Notes under the pieces: model-generated
The model's database searches: none
What the model saw: only the letters and a program-made list of their open reading frames with translations
Told to the model about the DNA's origin: nothing
Assembly (NCBI RefSeq): GCF_009914755.1
Contig: NC_060932.1
DNA: 64,000 nt
From: the human T2T-CHM13v2.0 reference genome, Homo sapiens
Direction: 5' to 3' (one strand)
In this document: in pieces, positions 1 to 12,750 of the stretch
How positions within the stretch are numbered: the first letter of the stretch is position 1
Layout: each line of letters starts with the position of its first letter
Translations under genes and position numbers: made by a program

Positions 1-1596
1 CCCTCCCTTCTTTCCTTCCTTCCCCATATTGTTATTAAATATGCTCATTATTAGAATAGTATCAAAGACACTGAGGCATTTTTAGATATCTTGTGAAATA
101 CTCCTTATTTTTGTCTCTTCCTTTAGATATCTTAATTATCAAAATAATCTAATAAGACTCTATTTGGAAATAAAGTGAAGGAGGGTAAAGTTGTGTTTTT
201 AAATAGGCTGATCAGTGCTAGAAATAATAGGATAGTTTTAAATTCTAGCAATTATAGATCAAGGCTCCATATACTATTTCTAAAAAGTCTGTGAACCCCT
301 GGGAATTGTGAATGTTTCCCATTACATCCTGCCAACGATTCTTATTAACCTATTGGTGACATCTTTCCCAGAGGTGAAGCTTTGATCTGCTTGTCATCTC
401 ACATTCTGTCTCACCACAGTCTAGAGCTTCCAGGTCCATGGGGAACAAGGATGGGGCAGCAGCTTCCCTGTGCCAGGACTGACTGGGAAATTCCAGAATT
501 CTATGACCAGGTACCTGGGAAGGGAGAAGAGCTCTCTGAGTTACAGTTAGTCTGGGAGCTTTTGAAGTGAAACTGTCATAGGGAAAGTGAAGGAATTTGC
601 TTTGTGCAATCATCATGCCATAGTCTGACAAGACAATGGAAAAAGAAAGAAGGAATTTTCTCTCAAGATGTCAAATAATTAGCTGAGTCATGAATGCAAG
701 CAGGTAGGCAGAAAACAGATATTTGTAGAGAACTTATTTCTCTTTCTCCTAATGAAGTTTTTGAACAACAACGATAAAATGGACCTTTTGCCTAAGAAGC
801 AATTTAACAACCATTGCTTCAGTAACACGAGAACCAATGTGATTAGAGTGCTTGTGCTCTGTCCCCTCATAAATGGTTAGTATTGAGGCCTTATAAAGAA
901 ATATAACATCTGCTTTTTATACATAAATACGTACACGTAACCATCCACAAATAACTTACGAATACCCATAATAAACACAGAATCCATCATTATGTTAAAT
1001 GCCACTGTGATTCTGAGCATTTTAATATGCTGTGAAGGCATCAGAGTAAAACAGAAACAAGTTATATCTAAATAGGAATGCCCAGTACATTTAAAGTAAT
1101 GAGACGTTTTGCTAAATTCATATGTTAGCAATATGTCATGTGGAGTCATGAAGGATCAGAAATAAAAAACAGTAATTGTCCAAGCCGTCAAGGAGGGATC
1201 AGAAGCAGGCTTTGATCCCAGGCTCTGAGTAGAGTTGCTGTGGAATTGTAGATTACATAGAATACAGGTGGCATCACCACAGATTCCTGTTTATGTATTT
1301 AACTTGTAACTTCTCATTCTGACATCACAGGAATATTTTTCCTTAACAAAGTGAAATAAAAAGTAAATAAGCTCTTTAATATTGGGACATAACCAAATCA
1401 GAGGGCAACACAAATTTACATGGGTACTTGTGAGGCAAAAGAAAGAAAATTCAAAATTCACTTCTAAAAATGGACATTGTTTAAAGCACATTTAATAAGT
1501 GTTACAGAGTGATGTTTCACTGTCACCTTTAAATACCCCTTACTGTTTCTTTGGGATTACCAATTTCAACATGAAGGTCCGAGTGAACTTTGCTAG

Positions 1597-1800
1597 AGGT
1601 GATTTGCACAGGCTCATATGCATCTCTTCCTCATATTCAGTGACCTCACATTAGCAGCTTTAAATTGGCCATGTTGAGAACATTGACACCACAGAAATTG
1701 GCAAAAACTAGAAATCAAGTAACACATGCTACAAGTCTTTTTTTTTCTTTTCTCCCTTCTTGGAAAATTGTAATCCAGTTGTTAAATATTTATCATTATA
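1597..1800 (+). mobile_element. MER63-family hAT-Blackjack DNA transposon relic (MER63A-like)
   Basis: gcatctcttcc...ttcagtgacctcacattagcagctttaaattggccatg...caccacagaaattggcaaa and terminal ccagttgttaaatattta resemble the recalled MER63 consensus; boundaries approximate. Confidence 0.7.
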
Positions 1801-3007
1801 AAGTAGATCCTTGTTAAAAATATTCTAATCCTCACCAATGGTTTTATTTTCTTTCTGCCTCTCTTCTGCTGCCCCTAAATTAAAGTAGGTCTTTTTATTT
1901 GGGGCTAAGACTAGTTCCATCAAAATATAAAATAGATGAAAAGTGTTTTGGGGCCTTTTTGCCCTCTTTTCCTAGACCTTTTCTGTTTCTCCTCTTGTCA
2001 AAATCTCACTTTTTTCCTTTACCTTTTCAGCCCTGCTTCAGCCCTAGGTCTTCCTAAACCAGAGAATTTTCCAAAAACTGCGTGAATATATATGCCACAG
2101 GCTGAAATAGTCTTCCCAAAAATTAGTCATTAAAAAAGTAGAGAAAGAAGATATAAGTTTTACATGAAACCCTATATAGATAGGAGTTCCTTCGAGTATT
2201 TTCAAACTTGATTAACAACAGAGTAAATTATTTAAGAATGATTTAAGAAATCAAAGTATGAGAACTTGGGGCTGATCCAAAGATGTGGGGATTCAGAGAT
2301 GAGGGGCAGGCATAGAAGAGGAGAAGAGACTGAGTATTTGTCACCACGTAAATTCCTGGGCGAGTTGGGTAAATTTTTTATTATAAGAAAACACTCCTTT
2401 TTCTTCTATATAAAATTTTTTTCAAGTGAGTTGCTAAGTTCATTGTGAGTCATGCATTCCTTTGTTCAAGTGTGGACAAATGGTCCTTATTTTGTTGGAA
2501 TTTTACACTGGCAGAGATCAATGGTACAACCTGGTGAACCCCCCACACCAAAGACACACAGGTGTACTTAAAGGCTGATCTTCTACAGTACGCATCTATG
2601 GACTGGCTTTGGGGTGTGTTCCCAAACACTCAGAGCCACCTTGAGCTGGGGAACTGGTTAGTACAAGTCTCTTTATGTGTCCCTTACTCTACAATCATGC
2701 ACCTAGGGTCGTGCAAACATCCTGAAACCAACCCAAGCTCTAGGAGTCAGAAAAGGCCCTGAATGCATCTTCAATACAGGATCTGTGCACACAGCATGGC
2801 CTGCTTCTAGAAAACCAATGGGGCTCAGAGGCAGTCCAGACAGAGGCCTTATTTTAAGGGCTGATAGAATAGGCTGTGTTTCCCCAACAGCCTACCTTGG
2901 TGAGTAAACACCAACAATTAATTCATTTATTTACTCACTCAGGTTAGAACATTGTGTTTTCAAGTTTCTAATATTAAATTTCTTTTTCTTTTTTCTGGAA
3001 TAGGGAC

Positions 3008-3383
3008 TATCTTATTCAGCTCAAAATACCATAGACTGAGGCTTAAACAAAGACATTTGTTTCCCACCATTCTGGAGGCTGGAAGTCCAAGGTCAGGGTG
3101 CCAGCCTGCATGGCGAGGGTTCTGGTGAGAACTTTCTTCTTGGCTTGCAGATGGCAGCCTTCTCCCTGTTCCCTTACTTGGCAGAGAGACAGAGTGAGCC
3201 CTGGCATCTTCCTCTTCTTATAAGGATGCTATATTCCATCATGGGGGCCCAACCCTCATGTGCTTATTTAAACCTAATTACTTCCCAAAGACCCCACCTC
3301 CAAATATCAACACATTGGGAGTTAGGGCTTCAACCCATGAATTGGTAGAAGGGCGGGAGGTGGACACAAACGTTCCATCCATA
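3008..3383 (-). mobile_element. MaLR solo LTR, MLT1A/MLT1A0-like
   Basis: ttctggaggctggaagtccaaggtcagggtgccagc...ggcttgcagatggcagccttct...acctaattacttcccaaagaccccacctccaaata...ttagggcttcaac...gacacaaac are hallmark antisense MLT1A motifs. Confidence 0.8.
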
Positions 3384-6300
3384 ATTCTAGCTGGTAACAT
3401 CATTGTTAGAATCAGTTGCCTTGCCAGTCTCAGAAAACAGGACACTGAGATGCAAAGACATGTACATTTCCATTTGAGGCAGGTGCCAGGAGACAACTGA
3501 GAGGACACTGAGTTTAGAACATTGGATCAGGCATTGAGAGGGAATCTGGGTTGCTGGATGCAAGAGGCTAGTAAGGGGTGATGAGAGTTCTTCACATAAA
3601 TCAACCTATAACTCACCCAGCCTCTGTGTCCCAGGGGCCTATCCATTATTGATCAAAATGTCAGTAGACCTTTTGGGTTGTGTTTCAAAGAGTAACCATT
3701 ATCTTAGAGATTCATAGCAAAATATGAGTGGTTCCCAGTAAAATAAATCAGAGTTTCCTTTATCTTAGCTAGAAACACCTATTGGGACTTTTGTCAAATT
3801 ATTTAGGGGAAGAAGAAGGTTGAAAGCAAACTTCCAATTGAAAAGAAGCATATTTATTGAAGTTCAGAGGGCTGGAGCGTTGTTTTTTGATTGACAAAAT
3901 AATGAACTCTCTGATAAGAGTCCAGAATTAGTTGGCTGAATTTGTATTCATTTCTCCATAAATTTGCCAAAGTTAGAAGAGAAAATCCATAGAGGCCAAA
4001 TGAAGAACCATTTGATTAAGCGTGTTATCAGCCTGGTTGTGGCCAAATTCCACCTCATATATTCATGCACACATTCTTTGCTATGAGTTGCATATGTGCT
4101 TTGTGGTTGTGGGCAGATTTAGGTTTGTTTTTCTTTCTGAGTCTTTTCTGGTCCAAAAGCTCATCATTTAAAGTTTTGGAAGCAATTTAGAAAGCTATTA
4201 GATTCCCAACCCCCTCCCGACTTTTGGAACACTTGCAGTTATTTTTTTCTGGCACAAAAACAATCAAAAAGGAAAAAAATGTCAGGATATCTTCCAAAGA
4301 GAGACATAAAGGTAACATTTTATTTATACCATGATTTGTTTATTCTTATTTGTTGTTACCATAAAAGTTATTTAATTTTTTTGAACTGAAAGGCAGATGA
4401 TTTTAGGGGATAAAAAACCTAAAATAAGAAGTGTTGCTATGTGATTACAGAGAATAGTTGCTTTTGTTCTGCCTGTGTTTAATTAAAGCACCATTTGAGA
4501 AATTCAAGAATCAGGTGGTACCGTTGAGTCACTGGACACATTTTTAAGCACCATCTTGAAATGTGATATAAATTGATTTTAAATTTTAAATTTGTAATCA
4601 TACACTTCCTCTAAATTGGGAATCATGAGAGCATTTCTTTTTAAGTAGTTTGTGATAATTTTGGAATTTGAAAGAAACTTTAAAGGTAATGTATTTAAAG
4701 TTACTCACAGAAATATGCTGGATGTGTTGACTGGTAACTTTAAACATGTTTATATTGCTATTTTTCTAGCACTTGAAAAGTAATCATGTTTTATAGCCAA
4801 AGTCATCTCCTGTCCATAGAACAATTAATAGTCATAATTGATAGTTTTATGCATGAAAATTAAGTATTGCTCCTGCAAAACTGAGGAGTTAATGTCTTTA
4901 CGTGCTTTTTCACAAACATTCCTTATAATGGAACACCAAATGCCTACAATTTGAACACATGGCTGGTGGAAAAAAAGAAGAAAAAGAAAATCAATCCTAA
5001 GCCAGAAATCTGAAAAAAGACAGTGACTTTGGGTCATTTTGTAATCATCTTTGGTGCTTCAGTGACTAAAAAATACATGCAGAGTGCAAGAGCACCTTGC
5101 TGAATCCTACACCCTGCCCTCCTTGTGCAGTTATGTTACATGCAACTCCAAAGCCTCCACAGCTGTTGTCTCTACTCTCCATTCAAAACAATGCACGTGC
5201 AACTTTCCCTTGTGGCTGGCTTCGTCCTCCACACACCAATGCTTTGTGTGAAAAGGTTTCATTAAAATTGAGTTTAGGGTAAGTACGGGATAGGTGGAGA
5301 AAAGATTTTCTTCTAATGCTTCTCCAGACCACACTGTTTAGCCTTCAGGAGACCCAGGAATTGATATGAGCAAAATGTTTTTACACATGAACTGTTCTTT
5401 AATCCCTTTTTTGCTTCTTCAATCCTTGAACTTCATTCCCTTTCTTTTCATTAACATTTACAACACACACTTTACAGGGAAAGAAAGTGAAAGATATGTA
5501 ATGATTCTGCCTGCTACATCTGACTGTACTCCATTTCTCACATTCTATCCTCATCTTTTTCTAGCCACCTGAGTCTTCAGACAGTTTTACCATCTTCCCT
5601 ATTTTAACCCCAATTTAAACATCCACAGGAAGCCAAACAAAATATGCCCATCTGCTCCAGATGTGTCAAATCAAGTTCTGCTATTTTAATTTTTTTCCAG
5701 GCAAACCCTCCAACAAATGTATAAACAGGTTGCTTTTTAGAAGAAGTAAAGATTAATGTCTCTCTGGGAAAAAAAAATCCCATGCATTTTGGAAAGTCTG
5801 GCTGTTTTCCCCTTCAAAAAACTTCATGTAAACTAAATGCATGGCTTGATCCTCCCATGTACCAGAAGGGGAGCAGCATCTTTGAGCTCTCTTCCCAAAT
5901 CCTCTGCTTGGTCTGGGCGTATCCTGTGAATGAGGAGAGAATCTACCCCACAGCCAGATGCTTGCATTTGGCCACAGTTCATTTCCAGGCAGCCTGGAAG
6001 AGAGCATCCCACAACATTGAACAGAGGCAGCCAAGATACTGTCGGGTGATCAGGACAGCTCCCGCCTCTGTGTTCCTGTGGAGCCTCCTTCCTCTCCAAG
6101 GAATTTGTCGCATGGGACTGCATAATTCAGTTGTCCATTCAGTCAACAGTGATTTACTAACAACCTACTTTGTGTTAGGCACTGTTCCAGGGTCTGCGCA
6201 TTCAGCAGTGAGCAAAATAACACAAAATGCTTGCTCTCATGAACCTGGAGACAGACGGTAAGAATATACAGCAATAGGCAACATGGTAGGTGGGGATGAG

Positions 6301-6597
6301 TGCTCTGAATTAAAATAAGGCAGGACACAGAGATGGAGAGTGACCTGGACAGGACAGGGTTGGCAGCTCAGAAGTGCATTATCTACAGTGGTCAGGGAAG
6401 CCTCTCCAGTGAAAGGACATTAAGACGGAGCTGAAGGAAGGGAGAGAGTGGATGAAAGAGCAAAATCCCTGGAACTGGGACATGCTTGGCAGGTTGAGTG
6501 TCCACAAGAGCCCCAATTAACTACAGGAGGGTGAGCAAGGAGAGAGTAGAGGGAGTTGAGGTTAGAGAAGTAACCGTACGTCAAATTATGGAGGACT

Positions 6598-6760
6598 GAG
6601 TTTCTCAAACTCCAGTGTCTGCGCAAATCCCCCAGGGATCTTGTGAAACCACAGGCCTTGATTTAGAAGATCTGCGGCAGGCCCAGGGTCTGCATTCCTA
6701 CCATGCCCCCAGATGATGCCCCTGCCTCTACCGTTCCCCAGACCATGCTTTGAGTAGCAG
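6598..6760. mobile_element. MER5-family (hAT-Charlie) MITE
   Basis: tttctcaaact...cagggatcttgtgaaa...ggcccagggtctgcatt...ccccagatgatg...agaccatgctttgagtagca. Confidence 0.7.
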
Positions 6761-6811
6761 AGATGAAGGCCTTCTTGCCCACAGTACAAATTCTGCTATT
6801 TCTTTCCTATT

Positions 6812-7372
6812 AATTTGAATTGGTATGCAACAACTGTACATATTTATGGGATAAGAGTGATATTTCAGTGCATGTATACAGTGTGTAATGATCAAATCAG
6901 GGTAGTTAGCATATCCTTCACTGTGAACATTTATCATTTCTTCATGTTGTGAACATTCAAAATCCTCTCTTCTAGCCTTCTGAAAAGATACCCCAGAGTA
7001 TTGTTAACCATATTCACCCTACAGTGCCACAGAGCACTAGAATTCATTCACCCTATCTAGCTGTAACTTTGTATCTATTAACCAAACTCTTTTCATCTTT
7101 CACTCTCCCATACCCCTCCCTGCCTCTAATGACTACAGGTCTATCTCTGTTTCTCTGAGTTCAATTTATTTTAGCTTCTACATATGAGTAAGAACATGTG
7201 GTATTTGTCTTTCTCTGGCTGGCTTATTTTAGTTAACATGATGTTCTTCAAGCTGATCCATGTTTGCTGCAAATGGCAGAATTTCATTCTTTTTTACAGC
7301 TGAATAGTATTCCATTGTGGATATGTACCACATTTTCTTCATCCATCCATCTATTGATGGACACTTAGATTA
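6812..7372 (-). mobile_element. L1MA-type LINE-1 3' UTR fragment
   Basis: gtacatatttatggg...gtgtaatgatcaaatcagggtagttagcatatcc...gaatagtattccattgtg...ccacattttcttcatcc...gatggacacttag. Confidence 0.85.
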
Positions 7373-7418
7373 AAGGTACTCTGCTTTTACTATGAGTGAA
7401 GTGGAAATTTTTTGAGGC

Positions 7419-7625
7419 TTTTCTTTTTATGAGACAGGATCTCATTCTGTCCCCCAGGCTGGAGTGCAATGTCACAATCATAATTCACTGCAGCCTCCAC
7501 TCCCAGGGCACAAATGACCTTCTGCCTGAGCCTACTGAGTAGCTAGGACTACAGGTATGCACCACCACACCCTGCCAATGTTATATTTTTTGTAGAGGAA
7601 GGTTCTCCCTGTGTTGATGAGGCTG
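7419..7625 (-). mobile_element. AluJ-type, 5'-truncated
   Basis: gagacaggatctcattctgtcccccaggctggagtgcaatg...cactgcagcctc...gagtagctaggactacagg; diverged. Confidence 0.85.
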
Positions 7626-8520
7626 CTTTGGATGCTTTTAAATAGAGGGGAAATAGGATCAGACTCATTTTTAGGGAGCCCCTCTGGCTGCTCTGTGAAA
7701 ATAGGGCAAGGGAGGAAATAGGAGACCTCCTGGGAGATAACTGGAGTAGTCTGGGTGAGATACTTCAGTGCCAGCATCTAAGGTACTTGCAGGTGGGACA
7801 GCCACAACGAATGCCACTTCAAGTGAATGTGAGGATCAGCTCTGCTGCCCATGTGGAAACATAAGTAAGGTTGTTACCTGTGGCCTTGCAGAAGCCTGCA
7901 AGTCAAAGGCCTTTTGATGGTTGGTGAAAATCACATCTGATATGCGTGATTCCAGGAAGCTCATCTGCCTCATTCCTGAATTTAATTTCTATCCATGATG
8001 CACATATTACTATTGCATTAAACGTGAAGTCATTGCCTCCTGCCATTGTAATGTATGCATGCTATTGCAGAGGAAATGTTTTTATCTACCTCCCAAATAA
8101 GTAAGCATAACTTGAGCTCGCATTACAAAATGACACAATAAACTAAAAAGGAATTCATTTAATATTTTTAAACATGATTTTGGTGTCCTTATATTTAGGG
8201 AAATATTTTATTGTAAGTTCATCTTACAATAAAATTTATAAGGGAAAGATATTTTATTGTAAGTTCATCTCAGGACAAGAAACTTCACTTGGCATAGAAA
8301 TTAACATCCAATCTGCAGCCTGTCATTGTAGTGAGATAGTCTTGAATTCCCTAGCTAAGTTATTTACCTAAACAAAGTCTTGTTCACTTTGAATTTCCTA
8401 GCTAAGTTTTTTACCTAAACAATCATTATATATGTTTCAAAATATTTAAATTTTTCCCTTCCCTCTGATTTTATAATTTTCTTGATAAACCTTCCTAAAT
8501 ATCTTTAAATTTCACTGATC

Positions 8521-8733
8521 TAATGGTTCTTAACCAGGGGTGATTTTGCCCCCCATCAAGGGATATTTAACAATATCTGGTGACATTTTTAACTATCGGG
8601 AGTTGGGGGATGCTACTGGTATGCAGTTGGCAGAGGCCGGGGATGGTTAAGCATTCTGCATACCTGGGAGGGCCTTCCATAACAGAGGATCGTTCATTCC
8701 AAAATGTCAGTAGTGCCACATTTGAGAAACCCT
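8521..8733 (+). mobile_element. MER20 DNA transposon (hAT-Charlie)
   Basis: ggttcttaaccaggggtgattttgccccc...caatatctggtgacattttt...gatgctactgg...gaggccggggatg...caaaatgtcagtagtgcc...ttgagaaaccctg; about 215 bp, matching full MER20 length. Confidence 0.85.
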
Positions 8734-8769
8734 GGCCTTCTGGTGACCACAAGGCCTTCAGCTACAGAA

Positions 8770-9047
8770 AATAAAATTCACCAAAGATCCCCACAGCCAT
8801 GCTTTGAAATCCTTCACAGTTTGCACTGAGCCATGCTTCCCACAGGCTGCTCCAATGAAGGGGATTACTCTGAAGGCCAGCTTTGGCTCCTGGATTCTCC
8901 AACATCCGTGCCAAACCTTTCTTATGCAGCACAGTAGCCTCAGACATTTCCAGCTCACTCCCACTTTTCTCTCAGGACATTTTTCCTATAAAATTCTTGC
9001 ACATTTAATCTCATTTAGAATCTGTTTCTCAGAGATCCTGGATTAAT
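8770..9047 (+). mobile_element. ancient ERVL-class LTR fragment (LTR40/LTR41-like)
   Basis: 3' end ataaaattcttgcacatttaatctcatttagaatctgtttctcagagatcctggattaata resembles ERVL LTR termini; family assignment tentative. Confidence 0.45.
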
Positions 9048-10119
9048 ATATCATGGCATTAAATCATTGAAAATAATGAATTAATGATCTTTCCTCATTG
9101 TAGTGATATGGGAAGAAAACGTTCTGATACACAGAACACAGAAATGGCTCAGAAATGAGAAACTGACTGACTACTAAATTGTTAGTAAAAGCAACAGAAT
9201 AAGTAAGTGAAAAATAGAGCAATTTGGGGGGAAAAAAAGTTGAGAAACCCCAATCTTCAAAAAAAGGATAAAAGTCTTAGCTTTTGTTCATGTGTTATTT
9301 AAAACCCAACTCAGGCCTCAACTGAAACAACTAAAATTAGGAACCAAAATTGCATCCCCTGCCCATTCACACTTTTGGAACCAGAGTGGTTCTGGACATA
9401 GTCATGAGGTCATCATTCCTAATTAGAGTAGGAATTTCAATTCTTGGGTTTCTAACCCAAATCTCGCTATCCTCAGAAAGCTTGACAGTATTTGCAGCTC
9501 TGCCCATTAGATGAGATCTACCCTTTGCCTTTGGTCAGGAAGAGTCCTATGTATGGACACATCACCACAGACCACTCAGATTCCCTCTTACCTTCCCTAG
9601 GACACTCTGCCTCCCTTCCTCCTTTCCATGATACTCATCACTCTGGGTAGACTCTGCCCAGGCAACAATTGCCCTCTGTGGTTTGCCAAGACCCATCCTG
9701 CTTTCTGGGAATAGATGAGTCCCTCTAAAGATGGGCATGTCCCCAGCCACCCACCACTGTGCAGGTGGCAGCTGACGTCTATTGTCCTGCAACTCACATA
9801 TCCTGATCTCTGCTCTGTTATGAACTCCAGCCAGAGAAATATACAGATCTTATTCCTGATTCATAAGAGACTGTGTTTGCCTTGGATTTAACCAGGTCTG
9901 ATGACTTTCAGGATTTATTATGTTGATGAATAAAGGGAAATTCTCTCCCTTAAACTAACACAATGATCTCTCTGAATCAGATTCTCCCTATACGCAGCCA
10001 GCAATACTAGAGAAGCCCCAGAGACGCTGCTACTTGAGGGCTGGCCTACCGCAGAGCTGGCGTTTATGTTGTGATGATAAACATTCTTGAAAAAACCCTG
10101 AAGGAGATCCTGGCATTTT

Positions 10120-10660
<541 letters not shown>

Positions 10661-11660
10661 AGGTGATATTCTAGGTAACACTAGTTTCCAGCAGGCACTC
10701 TCCATTACCTGCGTCTGTTAGGTCTGAGTCTGCTATGGTTTTCTGACTGATGTGTAGGGTAACACAATTAAGGAACTCTCCACTGGAAGGCCAAGTCTCC
10801 ACTCAGGCACGTAGGTAGCTGGCAGTCCTCCTTGATTCTGCTAGCCAGAGCCAGCTTATTGAAAACAAAAGCAGTCTGTTAGGACAGTGCCCAGACTTCT
10901 GACTTCACTACGGAGGCTAGGAACCAAGTCAATATCATCAGTCATTACTTTCCATCAACCTCTATCATTTACATGCAGTAGGTGCTCAGTAAATGCTGAT
11001 CAATTCCTGTATGAATAATAAATGAATGAACAAACAAGAACATTTGTCTGTACAAGTTACAGAGTTTTAGAATAGAATGTAAGTGTGAAGCTCGATAAAT
11101 TCAAACTTCTGCAATATCCCCACCAAGTGGTTATCTAAATTCCGTTTGACTTCCCTTGGCAGGGAATACGCACGCACACTTTCTAAAGGAGTTTTTCCAC
11201 TTCATATGACTCTGGCTGTTCAGAAGGAATCACTAATTAAATGAGATCTTTGAAAAAAGTCAAGAAACTGGAAATAAGTAGGAATTGCTTTACCTGATGC
11301 TTATCAGCTTACAGGCTTTACTGCTCCAAAAATTTGGTTCGATTTGAAAACATTATGCTAAGTGAAATAAGCCACACACAAAAGGGCAATTATTGTATGA
11401 TTCCTTTTATATGAGGTACCTAGAATAGGCAAATTCATAGAGAGAGAAACTAGAATGGAGATTCCCAGGGGCCGTAGAGGGAGAGTAGTTATTGCTGAAT
11501 GTGTTTGGGGTTTCAGTATGTGGTGAAAAATTCTGGATACAGATGCTCACATGTCATTGTGGGTGTCTTTCATGCAACTGAATTAGGTTTTTTTTTTGTT
11601 TTTTTTTTTTTTTTTTTCCAGATAAACCATGAATCACATTTTATTTATTTTGTCCTTTCA

Positions 11661-11950
11661 TTTTTTTTTTTTTTTTTTTTTTTGAGACAGAGTCTTGCTC
11701 TGTTGCCAGGCTGGAGTGCATGGTATGATCTCGGCTCACTGCAACCTCCACCTCCTGGGTTCATGCTATTCTCCTGCCTCAGCCTCCCGAGTAGCTGGGA
11801 TTACAGGTGCCCACCATGATGCTCAGCTAATTTTTTGTATTTTTAGTAGAGACGGGGTTTCACCGTGTTAGCCAGGTTGGTCTCGATCTCCTGACCTCGT
11901 GATCCACCCACCTCGGCCTCCCAAAGTGCTGGGATTACAGGCATGAGCCT
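11661..11950 (-). mobile_element. Alu (AluSc8/Y-like), slightly 5'-truncated
   Basis: Canonical antisense Alu with caccgtgttagccagg diagnostic; ends at ggcatgagcc. Confidence 0.95.
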
Positions 11951-12596
<646 letters not shown>

Positions 12597-12617
12597 GCAA
12601 TTAAAAAAGGTTAAGAT

Positions 12618-12750
12618 GAGCTAAGTGAGGTGGTATGCATCTGTAGTACCAGCTACTCAGGACGCTGAGGCAGGAGGATCACTTGAGCCCAGGAGTTCAA
12701 AGCCAGCCTGGGCAACATAGTGAGACCCCCCCATCTCTTTTAAAAAATAT
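12618..12750 (+). mobile_element. FLAM (free left Alu monomer)
   Basis: gtggtatgcatctgtagtaccagctactcag...aggatcacttgagcccaggagttcaaagccagcctgggcaacatagtgagaccc. Confidence 0.85.

Larger units (their letters stand above)
6130..7790 (-). mobile_element. L2 LINE 3' region interrupted by MER5, L1MA and AluJ
   Basis: cattcagtcaacagtgatttact...acctactttgtgttaggcactgtt... is an antisense L2 3' end; L2-like purine-rich sequence resumes at ~7376 and ~7635 after the inserts. Confidence 0.65.

Noticed and set aside
5782-6261. Longest ORF in the track (159 aa)
   Set aside because: No recognisable domain, the 3' third runs into an L2 relic, and this length is attainable by chance in 64 kb over six frames
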